From the NCBI GenBank assembly GCA_965261385.1, contig CBDHDB010000001.1, forward strand, positions 161,145 to 225,144: a DNA stretch of 64,000 nt. The letters are read 5' to 3'. This document shows, one piece after another, positions 1 to 9,455 of this stretch. Position numbers and translations under genes: made by a program. The notes under the pieces are model-generated. The model was not told where the DNA came from. It did no database searches and worked only from the letters and a program-made list of their open reading frames with translations. Numbering within the stretch: the stretch's first letter is position 1; each line of letters starts with the position of its first letter. The stretch comes from Dehalococcoidia bacterium (GTDB lineage: Bacteria; Chloroflexota; Dehalococcoidia; Lucifugimonadales; Australimonadaceae).

Positions 1-102
1 GGAGGCCGAGGCCGCAGCCCCGACGACAGGGAAACCGCGCTAACCGCCTACCAAGAATCATTGAACAAGACCTAAGACAACGCTTAGACTCGCGTCTATG
101 TT

Positions 103-702
103 TTGAGGCGCCAGGGTTGCCTGTCGCCGGCTGGGAGCCCTGCTCTGCGCGTCACGGGCGGTACGGCAAGGGGATTCACCCTCGGCTCGCCGAAGGCCCC
201 AGGCGTAAGGCCCACCACGGATAGGGTCCGCGGGGCCCTGTTTAACATCCTGGCGCGCTACGGCATCGAGGATGTCCACGTGGCCGACTTCTTCGCGGGC
301 ACGGGGTCGTTGGGAATCGAGGCTCTCAGTAGAGGCGCGGCAAGGGCGGATTTCGTAGAGGCAGACCGGAGGCAGGTAGCAGTGATCAGGGCCAATCTCC
401 AAGCGACAGGCTTCGCTCAGCGGGGGACCGTTCACACCGACCGCGTCGAGAACGCGCTCGGCCGGCTCGGCCGCTACGACTTGGTGCTGATGGACCCCCC
501 CTACACCCAGCCTTTCCCCGCTGGCCTTATAGCGGCGATCGGCGAGGCGGGGCTGCTGAACGAAGGGGGAATCCTGGTGTGCGGCCACTCGAGCCGCGCA
601 TCCGCCGACGACGCCTGCGGTACGCTCACGAAATGGGACAGTCGACGCTACGGCGACTCCTCCCTGGCGTTCTACAGCCGCGATGGGGAGGCTCCGGCAT
701 GA
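103..702 (+). CDS. rsmD: 16S rRNA (guanine966-N2)-methyltransferase RsmD-like
   Basis: 199-aa ORF with RPTTDRVRGALFNIL, a GTGSLGIEALSRGA SAM loop and the LVLMDPPY catalytic motif. The stop overlaps the coaD start (ATGA at 699-702). The TTG start is uncertain. Confidence 0.8.
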   Translation: MRRQGCLSPAGSPALRVTGGTARGFTLGSPKAPGVRPTTDRVRGALFNILARYGIEDVHVADFFAGTGSLGIEALSRGAARADFVEADRRQVAVIRANLQATGFAQRGTVHTDRVENALGRLGRYDLVLMDPPYTQPFPAGLIAAIGEAGLLNEGGILVCGHSSRASADDACGTLTKWDSRRYGDSSLAFYSRDGEAPA

Positions 703-1196
703 CGACCGCAATCTATCCCGGTCGCTTCGACCCCGTAACTGCGGGACATCTCGATATCGTCCAGCGGGCATCACGCCTGTTCGAGCGAGTCATCGTTGCC
801 GTGTTCGAGGCGCCCGAGAAGCAAACGATGTTCTCGACGAACGAACGCATGGCGATGTTCGAGGCCGCGCTGGGCGATAGCCCCACCGTGGAGGTGAAGA
901 GCTTCCACGGCCTGATCGTGGACTACGCGCGCGCCCAACAGGCGACCGCAATCGTCCGGGGAATCAGGATGAACGCGGACTTCGAGTACGAGTTCGAGAT
1001 GGCGCTGATGAACCGGAAGCTGGCGCCGGACTTGGATGTCGTTTGCCTGATGACCGACATCCAATACCAGTTCGTTCGAGCGAGCCTCTTGAAGGAGGTC
1101 GTACGTCTAGGCGGCAACGTCAGCGGACTCGCTCCCGACAGCGTGATTGCGGCATTGAAGGACCGATTCGGGCAGGCATCCCCCGGGGACTCATAA
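699..1196 (+). CDS. coaD: phosphopantetheine adenylyltransferase
   Basis: Internal ATG at 699 of ORF 579..1196. N-terminus is MTTAIYPGRFDPVTAGHLDIV (nucleotidyltransferase T/HxGH motif). Typical ~165-aa length. Translationally coupled to rsmD. Confidence 0.9.
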   Translation: MTTAIYPGRFDPVTAGHLDIVQRASRLFERVIVAVFEAPEKQTMFSTNERMAMFEAALGDSPTVEVKSFHGLIVDYARAQQATAIVRGIRMNADFEYEFEMALMNRKLAPDLDVVCLMTDIQYQFVRASLLKEVVRLGGNVSGLAPDSVIAALKDRFGQASPGDS

Positions 1197-1229
1197 CCGG
1201 CAGCCCCGGCGACCAATTAAGGAGAGAGC

Positions 1230-1754
1230 ATGGAGATTCTAGAGCTAGTCGACAAGCTGGAAGCGATGGCCGCGCAGGCGCGGAAGACGCCCATCACGGG
1301 GCGCGCGAAGATTGACGCGGAAAAGTTGCTCGAGCTGACCGAGCTGATGAGGGCTTCGATCCCGCGCAACATGCAGGACGCCCAAGACGTGCTCCAACGG
1401 CGTGAGCAGATCGTCAACCAGACGATGCTCGACGCCCGGAGAATCCGCGCCACCGCCGAAGGCGACGCCCGAGCGCTCGTCGATGAGCATGGGCTCGTGA
1501 AGGCCGCCAACGAACGCGGTGCGGCACTCATCGAGGAGTCAGGCCAGAAGGCTGCGCGCATCATTTCCCTCGCCGAGCAAGAGGCGCGGCGGCGGCGTGA
1601 GGGCGCGGACCGCTACTGCCAGGAGACTCTCGAACGGCTCGAGGGGCAGATCGTCTCGCTGCTCGGCACGATTCGCGCAGGCCAGCGCGTGCTCTCTCCG
1701 GGCCTCGACACACCGCGCGAGGGCGTGGAGAAGCCCGTTCTCTCCGCCAACTAG
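1230..1754 (+). CDS. charged coiled-coil protein of unknown function (ATP synthase b / DivIVA-like composition)
   Basis: 174-aa ORF with GGAGAG 6 nt upstream of the ATG. Highly charged helical sequence with clean coding-frame bias. No catalytic motif recognised. Confidence 0.6.
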   Translation: MEILELVDKLEAMAAQARKTPITGRAKIDAEKLLELTELMRASIPRNMQDAQDVLQRREQIVNQTMLDARRIRATAEGDARALVDEHGLVKAANERGAALIEESGQKAARIISLAEQEARRRREGADRYCQETLERLEGQIVSLLGTIRAGQRVLSPGLDTPREGVEKPVLSAN

Positions 1755-1828
1755 GTCCACCCGAGGGAGACCGCAAGGAGCGGACACTCGGCGCGAGCGC
1801 CGCTCCGGCTCCGACAATTGGAGGAGCA

Positions 1829-1887
1829 GCGCCTCCCCATCCGTTCACGGAAGCTTCGAGAGGCTCCGGCGAACGGATGGGGAGCGC
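1829..1887. repeat. long imperfect inverted repeat (hairpin)
   Basis: GCGCCTCCCCATCCGTTC (1829-1846) pairs with GAACGGATGGGGAGCGC (1871-1887). The 24-nt loop can itself pair (CGGAAGC / GCTCCG). No T-run follows. Confidence 0.5.
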
Positions 1888-1961
1888 CCCTTCCAGGCGA
1901 TAGACCGCAAATCCCCTCCCAACTCGTCATTGCCTCGAAAATAAGCGCCCACGCCCCCTTC

Positions 1962-1987
1962 CGTCATTCCCGCGCAGGCGGGAATCC
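1962..1987 (+). repeat. REP-a palindromic element (CGTCATTCCCGCGnAGGCGGGAA)
   Basis: CGTCATTCCCGCGCAGGCGGGAATCC, with hairpin TTCCCGC/GCGGGAA. Same unit at 2077, 12832, 29093, 44601, 47135 and 47176. Confidence 0.85.
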
Positions 1988-1994
1988 AGGAACC

Positions 1995-2014
1995 CCTCCC
2001 GTCTGCGGGAGGGG
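1995..2014. repeat. REP-b type G/C hairpin
   Basis: CCCTCCCG-TCTG-CGGGAGGG perfect 8-bp stem. Related to the CTCCCCCGTCTGC...GCGGGGGAGAG units elsewhere. Confidence 0.6.
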
Positions 2015-2076
2015 ACGCGCAAGCACAGCGAAGCGCGGGGGAGGAGAGCGCCCCGCCCGCCAACCCCCTCCTCTTC

Positions 2077-2101
2077 CGTCATTCCCGCGCAGGCGGGAAC
2101 C
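2077..2101 (+). repeat. REP-a palindromic element
   Basis: CGTCATTCCCGCGCAGGCGGGAACC. The flank ...CTCG(T/C)AGCGGCGCG... also matches the copy at 47176-47220. Confidence 0.85.
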
Positions 2102-2147
2102 TCGTAGCGGCGCGGTCCCTGCCCTTCGTGGAGCGACGCCCCACTCC

Positions 2148-2538
2148 CACTGCGACATTTGCCCCTTACCCCAAACTCCCAACCTTTCGTAAAATTAACC
2201 CCTGCCATGCCCTCCAAAGACGAGAACGCCTCCTCCCCGACGCCCGCGCCCTCCGACGCGGCAACCTCCCTTATGCCCATTACGCCACTCGCCTCGCGCA
2301 ACAAACACAAAATTCTGGGTGATCCACTTTTGGCTCCCAGGAAGCAGGCCACGGCCATGAAAACACCCTCCAAAACCCCCGTCTCACCGTACAACTTGGA
2401 CAATTTTCACGCCTGGCACCCAGCGAATCCCAGCGAAACGGACAACTTTTTACGCCTGGCAAAAGTGAGTTGGACAACTTCTTCACGCCTAGCAAAATGT
2501 GGTGATCAACTTTTTTCGCGCAAACGGACAGCTTCCCC
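2148..2538 (+). repeat. composite element copy A (gene-less derivative of the 47334-49030 element)
   Basis: Left box CACTGCGACATTTGCCCCTTACCCC (2148-2172). CGTAAAATTAAC (2188-2199). 64-bp remnant of the rep 5' end from ATG 2207. Core AGGAAGCAGGCCACGGCC (2339-2356). Direct repeats at 2398, 2440, 2472 and 2503, plus terminal half repeat 2526-2538. Confidence 0.75.
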
Positions 2539-2633
2539 GCCCGCGCCGGCTCTCCCCGTCTGCCTACGGAGGAAGAACGGGAGGGGGTGCCCAATACGGC
2601 TATACTCGTTCGCATATCCTGCGGAGGTTTTTC

Positions 2634-3974
2634 ATGTCCGCCACCCAATCCCTAGCCGACTTCATCGCCCGCGCAAACACCGACGACCTCCCCGAGTGGT
2701 CCATTCACGAGGCGAAGCGCACGCTTATCAATATCCTGGGCGTATCGCTCTCGGCGTCGCCCGCAGCCGGCAGCCGGACGCTCCTCGAATGGGCCAAGAA
2801 CGAAGCATGCGCGCCCAAGGCCTCCATTGTGGGATCGTCGCTGCGAACGAGCGCCTTTACCGCTTCGATGGTCAACGGCTTCTTGGCGCACCTCCAAGAC
2901 TATGACGACACGCACTTCCCGACCGTTCTCCATCCCACGGCGCCTGTATGGCCTGCGGTGCTGGCCGCCGCCGAGGAGCTGGGCGCATCGGGCAAGGACG
3001 CTCTCGCCGCGTTCGTCCTCGGCGCTGAGGCAGCGTGCAGGGTCGCTATGTCGGTCCATCCTTGGCACTACGACATGGGCTGGCATATCACCGGCACCGC
3101 GGGAGTATTCGGGTCAGCGGCGGGAACCGGCAAGGTGCTGGGGCTCGACGCGTCCGCTATGAACATGGCCATCGGTCAGGCCGGAACCTACGCCGCCGGT
3201 GTTCGCGAAGTGTTCGGCTCCCACTCCAAGCCGATGCACGCGGCCCGCGCCGCGAGCAACGGTTTGCAGGCCGCCTACCTGGCCCAACACGGCTTCTCCG
3301 GAGCAGACGACATCCTCGGCGGGAGGCGCGGCTTCTGGGAAGTGCTGTCGCCGAACGGCCATAGCGAGGAGGCGCTTCTCGACGGCTTGGGCTCGCGTTG
3401 GGAGCTTCGGAACAACGGCCTCAAGCCCTACGCAAACGGCGTCGTGTCCCACCCGATTCAGGACGCTGTGATCGAGCTGCGGAACGAGCACGGGCTGCAA
3501 GCAGAGAATGTCGCCTCGATCGACGCGCGAGTGCACCCGTTGGTGTTCGAGCTGATGAATCGCCCCGAGCCGCGCCGGGGTTTGGAAGGCAAGTTCTCCT
3601 TCCAGCACTGCGCCGCCGCCGCCCTCGTGGACGGCGCCGGCCACGACACCCAGTTCTCCGACGCCAAGGTCGCCGACCCCACAATCGCCGCCCTACGCGC
3701 CAGGGTGCATGGCACGATTGACGAGTCCCTCCGTGAGGACGAGGTCCATCTCTCCATCAGCCTGAACGACGGACGCGCGGTATCGACCTATGTGGAGCAC
3801 GCCTCCGGCTCGCCCGATAATCCCATGAGCGACGCCGCCTTGGAAGCCAAATACCGCGACCTCGCAGGCGAGGTGTTGGACAAAGGCCAGGTCGAGGACT
3901 TGCTCGGCTCCATTTGGGAGATGGACAAGGCGAAGGACGTGGCGGCAGTGGCCCGGCTCATGACCAAGTCTTAG
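2634..3974 (+). CDS. MmgE/PrpD family protein (2-methylcitrate dehydratase-like)
   Basis: ATG 2634 preceded by GGAGG (2623-2627). ~446 aa. The N-terminus (LADFIA...DLPEW...AKRTLINILGVSL) and overall layout are typical of the MmgE/PrpD family. Confidence 0.85.
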   Translation: MSATQSLADFIARANTDDLPEWSIHEAKRTLINILGVSLSASPAAGSRTLLEWAKNEACAPKASIVGSSLRTSAFTASMVNGFLAHLQDYDDTHFPTVLHPTAPVWPAVLAAAEELGASGKDALAAFVLGAEAACRVAMSVHPWHYDMGWHITGTAGVFGSAAGTGKVLGLDASAMNMAIGQAGTYAAGVREVFGSHSKPMHAARAASNGLQAAYLAQHGFSGADDILGGRRGFWEVLSPNGHSEEALLDGLGSRWELRNNGLKPYANGVVSHPIQDAVIELRNEHGLQAENVASIDARVHPLVFELMNRPEPRRGLEGKFSFQHCAAAALVDGAGHDTQFSDAKVADPTIAALRARVHGTIDESLREDEVHLSISLNDGRAVSTYVEHASGSPDNPMSDAALEAKYRDLAGEVLDKGQVEDLLGSIWEMDKAKDVAAVARLMTKS

Positions 3975-3987
3975 ACGGTGTAAGACG

Positions 3988-4701
3988 ATGACGTACCCGC
4001 TATTCCACCACGATGCCTACGCCCGGAGCTTCCAGGCCCTAGTGACTGCCGCCGACGGCCCTGCGGCTGTGCTGGACCGCACAGCCTTCTTCCCCGGCGG
4101 GGGTGGTCAGCCCTGCGACACCGGTACGCTGACGGTCGGCGGCGCCGTTCTCAGGGTAACGTCCGTCAAGCGGCGCGACGGCGAAATATGGCATGAGCTC
4201 GACGGCGGCGGAGTCGACGTAGGCGCCAGTGTCCACGGAGAGGTGGACTGGGACAACCGGCATAAGCTCATGCGTACGCACACGGCGCTCCACATTCTGT
4301 GCGGCGTAATTTGGCGCGATTTCGGCGCCCACGTAACAGGCGGGAACATGACGCCCCTCGCGGCCCGGATGGACTTCGAGCTCGAGCAGATGAGCGTCGA
4401 TTTCGCCGAACGCATCGAGGAGCTGGCCAATGCCGAGATAGCGCGAGGGCGCGGCGTCAGCGTCCGTTTCCTTCCGCGCGACGAGGCTTTCGCCCACCCT
4501 GACCTCATACGCACGAAGATCAATCTGCTGCCCGAGGGCATCCAAGAGATCCGCATCGTCGATATCGACGGCCTCGACGTTCAGGCGGACGGTGGGACGC
4601 ACGTGGCCAACACGCGGGAGGTGGGCCGCATAAGTGTGGTGGGGCACGAGAGCAAGGGACGCATCAACAAGCGCCTCAGAATCATCGTGGAGGACGCATA
4701 G
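3988..4701 (+). CDS. alaX: alanyl-tRNA editing protein AlaX-M type
   Basis: 237 aa with HTALHIL and GGTHV zinc/editing-site motifs of the Ala/Thr-tRNA synthetase second additional domain. Confidence 0.8.
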   Translation: MTYPLFHHDAYARSFQALVTAADGPAAVLDRTAFFPGGGGQPCDTGTLTVGGAVLRVTSVKRRDGEIWHELDGGGVDVGASVHGEVDWDNRHKLMRTHTALHILCGVIWRDFGAHVTGGNMTPLAARMDFELEQMSVDFAERIEELANAEIARGRGVSVRFLPRDEAFAHPDLIRTKINLLPEGIQEIRIVDIDGLDVQADGGTHVANTREVGRISVVGHESKGRINKRLRIIVEDA

Positions 4702-4751
4702 CACGACTTCAGCGACCTGGCGCTGGCAGGCCGGCGGCGCTCTACTTCTGG

Positions 4752-5606
4752 GTGGGCGTCGGGGTGCTGTGCGTTTCGCTCGCCTCCATTTTCATAAGAC
4801 TCGCGGACACCGACCCGCTCACCGTCGCCGCCTACCGGATGACCATCGCCAGCGTGGTGGTGTCCGCCGTCACCGTCGCGCTGGCTCGGAATCAGCTCTC
4901 AGCGGTCAAGCTCGGCGACCTTCCGCTTCTGGGCGTCTCCGGCGTGTTCCTCGCGGCGCACTTCGCGCTCTGGATCACATCTCTCTCACATACTTCAGTC
5001 GCCAGTTCCGTCTTGCTGGTGACAACGACTCCCGTATTCGTTGCGGCAGCGGCTGTCCTCTACACGAACGACCGCATCGGGCGGGTGACCACGGCGGCTA
5101 TCTTGGCGAGCATGGCGGGCGGCGCCCTCCTCGCCGCGGGTGACTGGGCGGAGGGCGAGCAGCGACTGAGCGGAGACGCGCTCGCTCTCGCCGGGGCCGT
5201 TGCCGTAGCCGGCTACTTGATTGTGGGCCGGAAGGTCCGCGGACGCATCCCCAATCTTCCGTACATCACGGTGGTGTATGCGGCCGCCGCCGTGGTCCTG
5301 GTGGTGGCGGCGGTCGTAAGCGGCGCGCCGTTGCTGGGACTCCCCATCGAGACGTACTTCTGGATGGCGATGGCGGCGCTAGTGCCGCAGGCGATCGGCC
5401 ACTCTCTCCTGAACTGGTCGCTCGCCTACTGGCCCGCGACCAACGTGACGCTTGCCGTGAGGGCCGAGCCGGTCATCGCGACACTGCTCGCGATTCCGGT
5501 TCTCGGCGAGGTCCCGCCCTGGACGGTCATCCCCGGCGGAGCTTTGGTGATGCTCGGGGTATACCTCGCGGTCAAGAGCGAGAGATCGCGCCAGCCGGAC
5601 GTATAA
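4752..5606 (+). CDS. EamA/DMT family transporter
   Basis: 284-aa polytopic hydrophobic protein (~10 TM) with two EamA-like halves. GTG start. Confidence 0.75.
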   Translation: MGVGVLCVSLASIFIRLADTDPLTVAAYRMTIASVVVSAVTVALARNQLSAVKLGDLPLLGVSGVFLAAHFALWITSLSHTSVASSVLLVTTTPVFVAAAAVLYTNDRIGRVTTAAILASMAGGALLAAGDWAEGEQRLSGDALALAGAVAVAGYLIVGRKVRGRIPNLPYITVVYAAAAVVLVVAAVVSGAPLLGLPIETYFWMAMAALVPQAIGHSLLNWSLAYWPATNVTLAVRAEPVIATLLAIPVLGEVPPWTVIPGGALVMLGVYLAVKSERSRQPDV

Positions 5607-5615
5607 TCGCGTCCC

Positions 5616-7337
5616 ATGCTCGTCGAACTGACCGTCCAAAATCTGGCCGTCATCGAAGAGACCCGCCTTACCTTCACGCCGGGGTTGAACGTGGTCACCG
5701 GCGAAACCGGAGCCGGGAAGTCGCTCCTCGTCGACGCCCTGGAGTTCGTTCTCGGCGGAGCGGCCGACCGAGACCTGATGCGAGCAGGGGCGGCGTCCGC
5801 AAGGGTCGAGGCCGTGTTCGCGACGGCCGGCGAGCCCCAAGTGCAGCAAGCCCTCCGCGCGCTCGATGTGGAGATCGACGATGAGGGACTCGTTGTGCTG
5901 GCCCGCGAGGTTCACCGCGAAGGTCGGACTATCTCGCGGCTGAACGGTCGCGCGGTGCCGGTTGGGATTGTTCGCGCGGTGGGCGACGCGCTCGTGGACA
6001 TCCACGGGCAGGGCGCTCACCTGTCGTTGCTAGACCCTTCCTACCAACGCCGTGTCCTGGATGACTGCGGAGGACTCGCTGAGCAGCGGAGGGCTGTCGC
6101 GGGCGCTATTGCCGACGTGGAGCGTATCCGACAGGAGCTCCTAGCCATCGCATCCAACGCACGCGACGCTGAGCAGAAGCGCGACCTGCTCGCCTTCCAG
6201 GTGAACGAGATCGACGCGGCGGGGCTGGCGCGCGGGGAAGAGGAGGCGCTGGTCCGTGAGCGCGATGTCCTTGTGAGCGCGGAGTCCATCCGCGAGGCGT
6301 GCGCCGCAGCATACGGCATGCTCCGCGAGGAAGGGAGCAACGCGGCCGACCTCATCGCGGAGGCGGTCCAAGCTCTTCGTCGCGCACCCGACCCAACGGG
6401 CGTCCTAGGCGCGCAAATCGAGGCATTAGAATCAGCGTCCGCTCAGATCGAGGAGGCGGCCCGCGAGACGCGCTCCTTCGGCGAACGCGTCGAATCCGAC
6501 CCCACGCGCTTGGCTGAAATCGAGGAGCGCATCGAACTCCTCCGCCGCCTCAAGCGTAAGTACGGCGACTCCGATGTCGAGGTCATCGCATTCGCCGATG
6601 AAGCCCGCCGCCAGTTGGAAGGAATCGACAATGCCGAAGAACGACGCGACGAAGCGGCGCGAGCGCTCTCCGGCGCAATGGAGCAGGCGGGCAAGCTCGC
6701 GTGGGAGCTATCCGAGGCGCGGAGTGCAGCGGCACGCTCCCTGAGCGCCGCTGTCGAAGCGGAGCTCGGCGAGGTCGGTTTGGACGGTGCCGCATTCGGC
6801 GTTGAAATCGAACGAACTCAGGCGAGCGACGGCCTCCCTGCGCCGGACGAAGCACACTACGCCTACTCGTCCGACGGCATCGACCGAATATCGTTTTCGC
6901 TCCGCGCGAACCCCGGCGAGGACATGAAGCCCCTTGCCACGGTCGCCTCCGGCGGAGAGACCTCCCGCATGATGCTTGCCCTCAACAGCGCGCTCCAAGC
7001 CACGTCCGGCGCGCCGACGCTCGTGTTCGACGAAATCGACGCTGGCATCGGCGGGCGAACGGGAACGGTCGTCGGCGCAAAGCTGTGGACTGTCGCCAGA
7101 CGCGCGCAAACGTTGTGCGTCACGCACCTCCCGCAGATAGCCGCCTACGCGGACAGACACTTCCGCGTCGACAAGGCGGTGTACGGAGAGCGCACATACG
7201 CCAGCGCCGAGGTCGTGGAGGACGAGCAACGCGTTGCCGAATTGGCCGGGATGCTGGGCGACGGAGACTCGGCGAGCCTCTCCGAGGCGGCGAGAGAGAT
7301 GCTGAAAGACGCGACGCGCTCGAAAACTGGCGTCTAG
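5616..7337 (+). CDS. recN: DNA repair protein RecN
   Basis: 573 aa. N-terminal Walker A GETGAGKS, long coiled-coil middle, C-terminal ASGGETSRMMLAL signature and LVFDEIDAGIGG Walker B. Confidence 0.92.
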   Translation: MLVELTVQNLAVIEETRLTFTPGLNVVTGETGAGKSLLVDALEFVLGGAADRDLMRAGAASARVEAVFATAGEPQVQQALRALDVEIDDEGLVVLAREVHREGRTISRLNGRAVPVGIVRAVGDALVDIHGQGAHLSLLDPSYQRRVLDDCGGLAEQRRAVAGAIADVERIRQELLAIASNARDAEQKRDLLAFQVNEIDAAGLARGEEEALVRERDVLVSAESIREACAAAYGMLREEGSNAADLIAEAVQALRRAPDPTGVLGAQIEALESASAQIEEAARETRSFGERVESDPTRLAEIEERIELLRRLKRKYGDSDVEVIAFADEARRQLEGIDNAEERRDEAARALSGAMEQAGKLAWELSEARSAAARSLSAAVEAELGEVGLDGAAFGVEIERTQASDGLPAPDEAHYAYSSDGIDRISFSLRANPGEDMKPLATVASGGETSRMMLALNSALQATSGAPTLVFDEIDAGIGGRTGTVVGAKLWTVARRAQTLCVTHLPQIAAYADRHFRVDKAVYGERTYASAEVVEDEQRVAELAGMLGDGDSASLSEAAREMLKDATRSKTGV

Positions 7338-7495
7338 CGCGCCTTCGCCGCCTCCCCTGCTTGGAGCATTATCCGATCCATCTGGTCCACGATGGGACCC
7401 GAGGTGCGGAGACGCACCGCCTCAGCTTCTCTCTTCGCCGACCAAGGAACGCCGCCGCGCCGCCCAACAGACTCTCAATGGCGACGGTGACAAGG

Positions 7496-8527
7496 TTAGG
7501 GCGTTTGCGCCTCGGGGATCTCGTCCGTCGGGGCGGGCTCGACGGCCTCGCGCTCAGGCGCGGCGTTGCCCTCGACCGTTGCGTCGCCCTCGATTGCGGC
7601 GCTCATCGCAGCGATAGCCACTTCGATCTGGCCGTCGTCCGGCGGGCGGGTGGTCAGCGCCTGCAAGGCGAGGCTGGGCAGGGTTCCGGCGCGCACGAGA
7701 GCATTGCCGCTGTGCGCGGCGTTGAAACGGATTACCTCGTAGGCGACTCCCGCAATCACGGGAATGAGGATGATCCGCGAGGCGATGCGCAGGGGAAGAT
7801 CGGGCGTGCCGAGGAAAGCAAATATGATGATTGACACAATCATCACGGTGAGCAAAAAGGCTGTTCCACATCGGGGGTGCGCGGCGGGGAAGAGCCGCAG
7901 ATTCTTGTTCTCCAAGGACAGCAACGCCTCATGCGTGTGGACAGCCATGTGCTCGGCGGCGTGATAGCCGAACACCCGGCGAATACTCGGCATGAGGCCC
8001 ACCAGGCCGAGGTAGAGGAAGAAGATGACGAGCCGGAGCACGCCCTCGCCGGTGTTGCTGATTATCGAATTGTCCGTGAAGCGATCGATGAACCCGGCGG
8101 TGAGCAGCAGGGGCAGGATGAAGAAGAGACCCACGCCCAAGCCAAGGGATATGGCCAGCGTGAGCGCGAGGGTCCAAGGCGGGATCGGCTCGTCGTCGTT
8201 CTCGTCTTCCCCGGCGGCGACCTGGGCCGAGTAGGTCAGAGCACGCATTCCGACGACAAGGGACTCGGAGAGGACGAGTGTGCCTCGGATGAAGGGTATG
8301 CGCCGCCAGCGGTTGACGCTCCAAGTGGGCACGGAACGCGTAACGGTCTTGATGGCGCCGCTTGGGTGGCGGGCGGCTACGGAGTAGACGTGACGCCCCC
8401 GAATCATCACGCCTTCGATGACCGCCTGTCCCCCGTAGACCGAGTGTTGCTGTGGTGCTGCTGCCATGCCCTTAGGATACGAAACTGCCCCAGTCTTTGC
8501 GCTGGGGCAGTCGAACAGTCTCTTCAT
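7496..8527 (-). CDS. DUF1385 (YqhQ-like) membrane protein
   Basis: GGQAVIEGVMIRG N-terminal motif followed by TM helices. Sits directly downstream of rpmE, a common context. An alternative start at 8467 is possible. Confidence 0.8.
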   Translation of the reverse strand: MKRLFDCPSAKTGAVSYPKGMAAAPQQHSVYGGQAVIEGVMIRGRHVYSVAARHPSGAIKTVTRSVPTWSVNRWRRIPFIRGTLVLSESLVVGMRALTYSAQVAAGEDENDDEPIPPWTLALTLAISLGLGVGLFFILPLLLTAGFIDRFTDNSIISNTGEGVLRLVIFFLYLGLVGLMPSIRRVFGYHAAEHMAVHTHEALLSLENKNLRLFPAAHPRCGTAFLLTVMIVSIIIFAFLGTPDLPLRIASRIILIPVIAGVAYEVIRFNAAHSGNALVRAGTLPSLALQALTTRPPDDGQIEVAIAAMSAAIEGDATVEGNAAPEREAVEPAPTDEIPEAQTP

Positions 8528-8533
8528 CCGTGT

Positions 8534-8737
8534 CTACTGAAGGTTGAATCGCCTCTTGAGGCGCTCCACGCGGCCTTCCGTGTCCACGATGCGCTGCTCG
8601 CCGGTGAAGAAGGGGTGACAGACGCTGCATATCTCCACCTTAATCTGCGGCTTGGTCGCTCCGATGGTGAACGTGTTGCCGCAAGAGCAGGTGACGACGG
8701 CTTCCGGGTAGTAGGCGGGATGTATATCTGTCTTCAC
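8534..8737 (-). CDS. rpmE: 50S ribosomal protein L31
   Basis: [10 protein letters not shown]...CSCGNTF...[10 protein letters not shown] (zinc-binding type A L31), 67 aa. Confidence 0.95.
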   Translation of the reverse strand: MKTDIHPAYYPEAVVTCSCGNTFTIGATKPQIKVEICSVCHPFFTGEQRIVDTEGRVERLKRRFNLQ

Positions 8738-8772
8738 GAAGCGCTCCTCAGCGGGTCCGGCGGCTCTCTGCT

Positions 8773-9027
8773 CTAGGCGGGCACGATGTTCGCGCGCTTG
8801 CGGAGCTTCGTGGCGTGGTCAAACTTGACCTCGCCGTCCACGAGCGCGTAGAGCGTGAAATCCCGGCCCATGCCGACGTTCACGCCGGGGTGAATCTTGG
8901 TTCCGCGTTGACGGGTGATGATCGTGCCGGCTAGGACTCTCTGACCTGCGAAACGCTTCACCCCGAGCCGCTGCCCGTTGCTGTCTCGTCCGTTCCGGCT
9001 GCTGCCGCCTGCCTTCTTATGCGCCAT
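8773..9027 (-). CDS. rpmA: 50S ribosomal protein L27
   Basis: [29 protein letters not shown]..., 84 aa. Confidence 0.95.
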   Translation of the reverse strand: MAHKKAGGSSRNGRDSNGQRLGVKRFAGQRVLAGTIITRQRGTKIHPGVNVGMGRDFTLYALVDGEVKFDHATKLRKRANIVPA

Positions 9028-9368
9028 TAGCCGCCTGCCTCCGCCGCTTCGCCGCCGCTCACGACCTGCTTAATCGTGAGCTTCGTGACCTGCTGCCGAT
9101 GTCCGTTCTTCACGTGGTGGCGGGTCTTCGGCTTGTACTTGAGCACGATGACCTTCTCGGCCTTGCCCTGAACTGCAACCTCCGCGACGACCTTGGCGCC
9201 GTCCACGGTCGGCTGACCCACGGCAACAGCTGAGTCCTTGCAGACCAGCAGGACCTTGTCCAGTTCGACGGTGTCTCCCTCGTCGCCCGCGAGCTTCTCC
9301 ACAGTGATGGAGTCGCCGGGTTTGACGCGGTACTGCTTACCGCCCGTTTCTACAATTGCATAGTCCAT
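9027..9368 (-). CDS. rplU: 50S ribosomal protein L21
   Basis: [19 protein letters not shown]... from ATG 9368 (the track ORF starts 3 codons earlier at a TTG). The stop overlaps the rpmA start. Confidence 0.9.
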   Translation of the reverse strand: MDYAIVETGGKQYRVKPGDSITVEKLAGDEGDTVELDKVLLVCKDSAVAVGQPTVDGAKVVAEVAVQGKAEKVIVLKYKPKTRHHVKNGHRQQVTKLTIKQVVSGGEAAEAGG

Positions 9369-9455
9369 GGCAACCAAGGGATTTTACGCGAGGAAGAGGC
9401 CATTGGGCAAGCAGGCGCGACGCGGTCCTAGCAGGACCCGCCGCACCTTGACCCT

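Noticed and set aside
58-774. 238-aa minus-strand ORF at the left edge
   Set aside because: It is antisense to the well-supported rsmD and coaD genes, with Arg-rich, composition-driven sequence.
2159-2905. 248-aa ORF covering composite copy A and running into the prpD-family gene; also 1927..2403 (-) and 1818..2192 (+)
   Set aside because: They are made of translated REP and repeat sequence (SFPRRREP-type peptides) and are out of frame with the real downstream gene. There is no SD.
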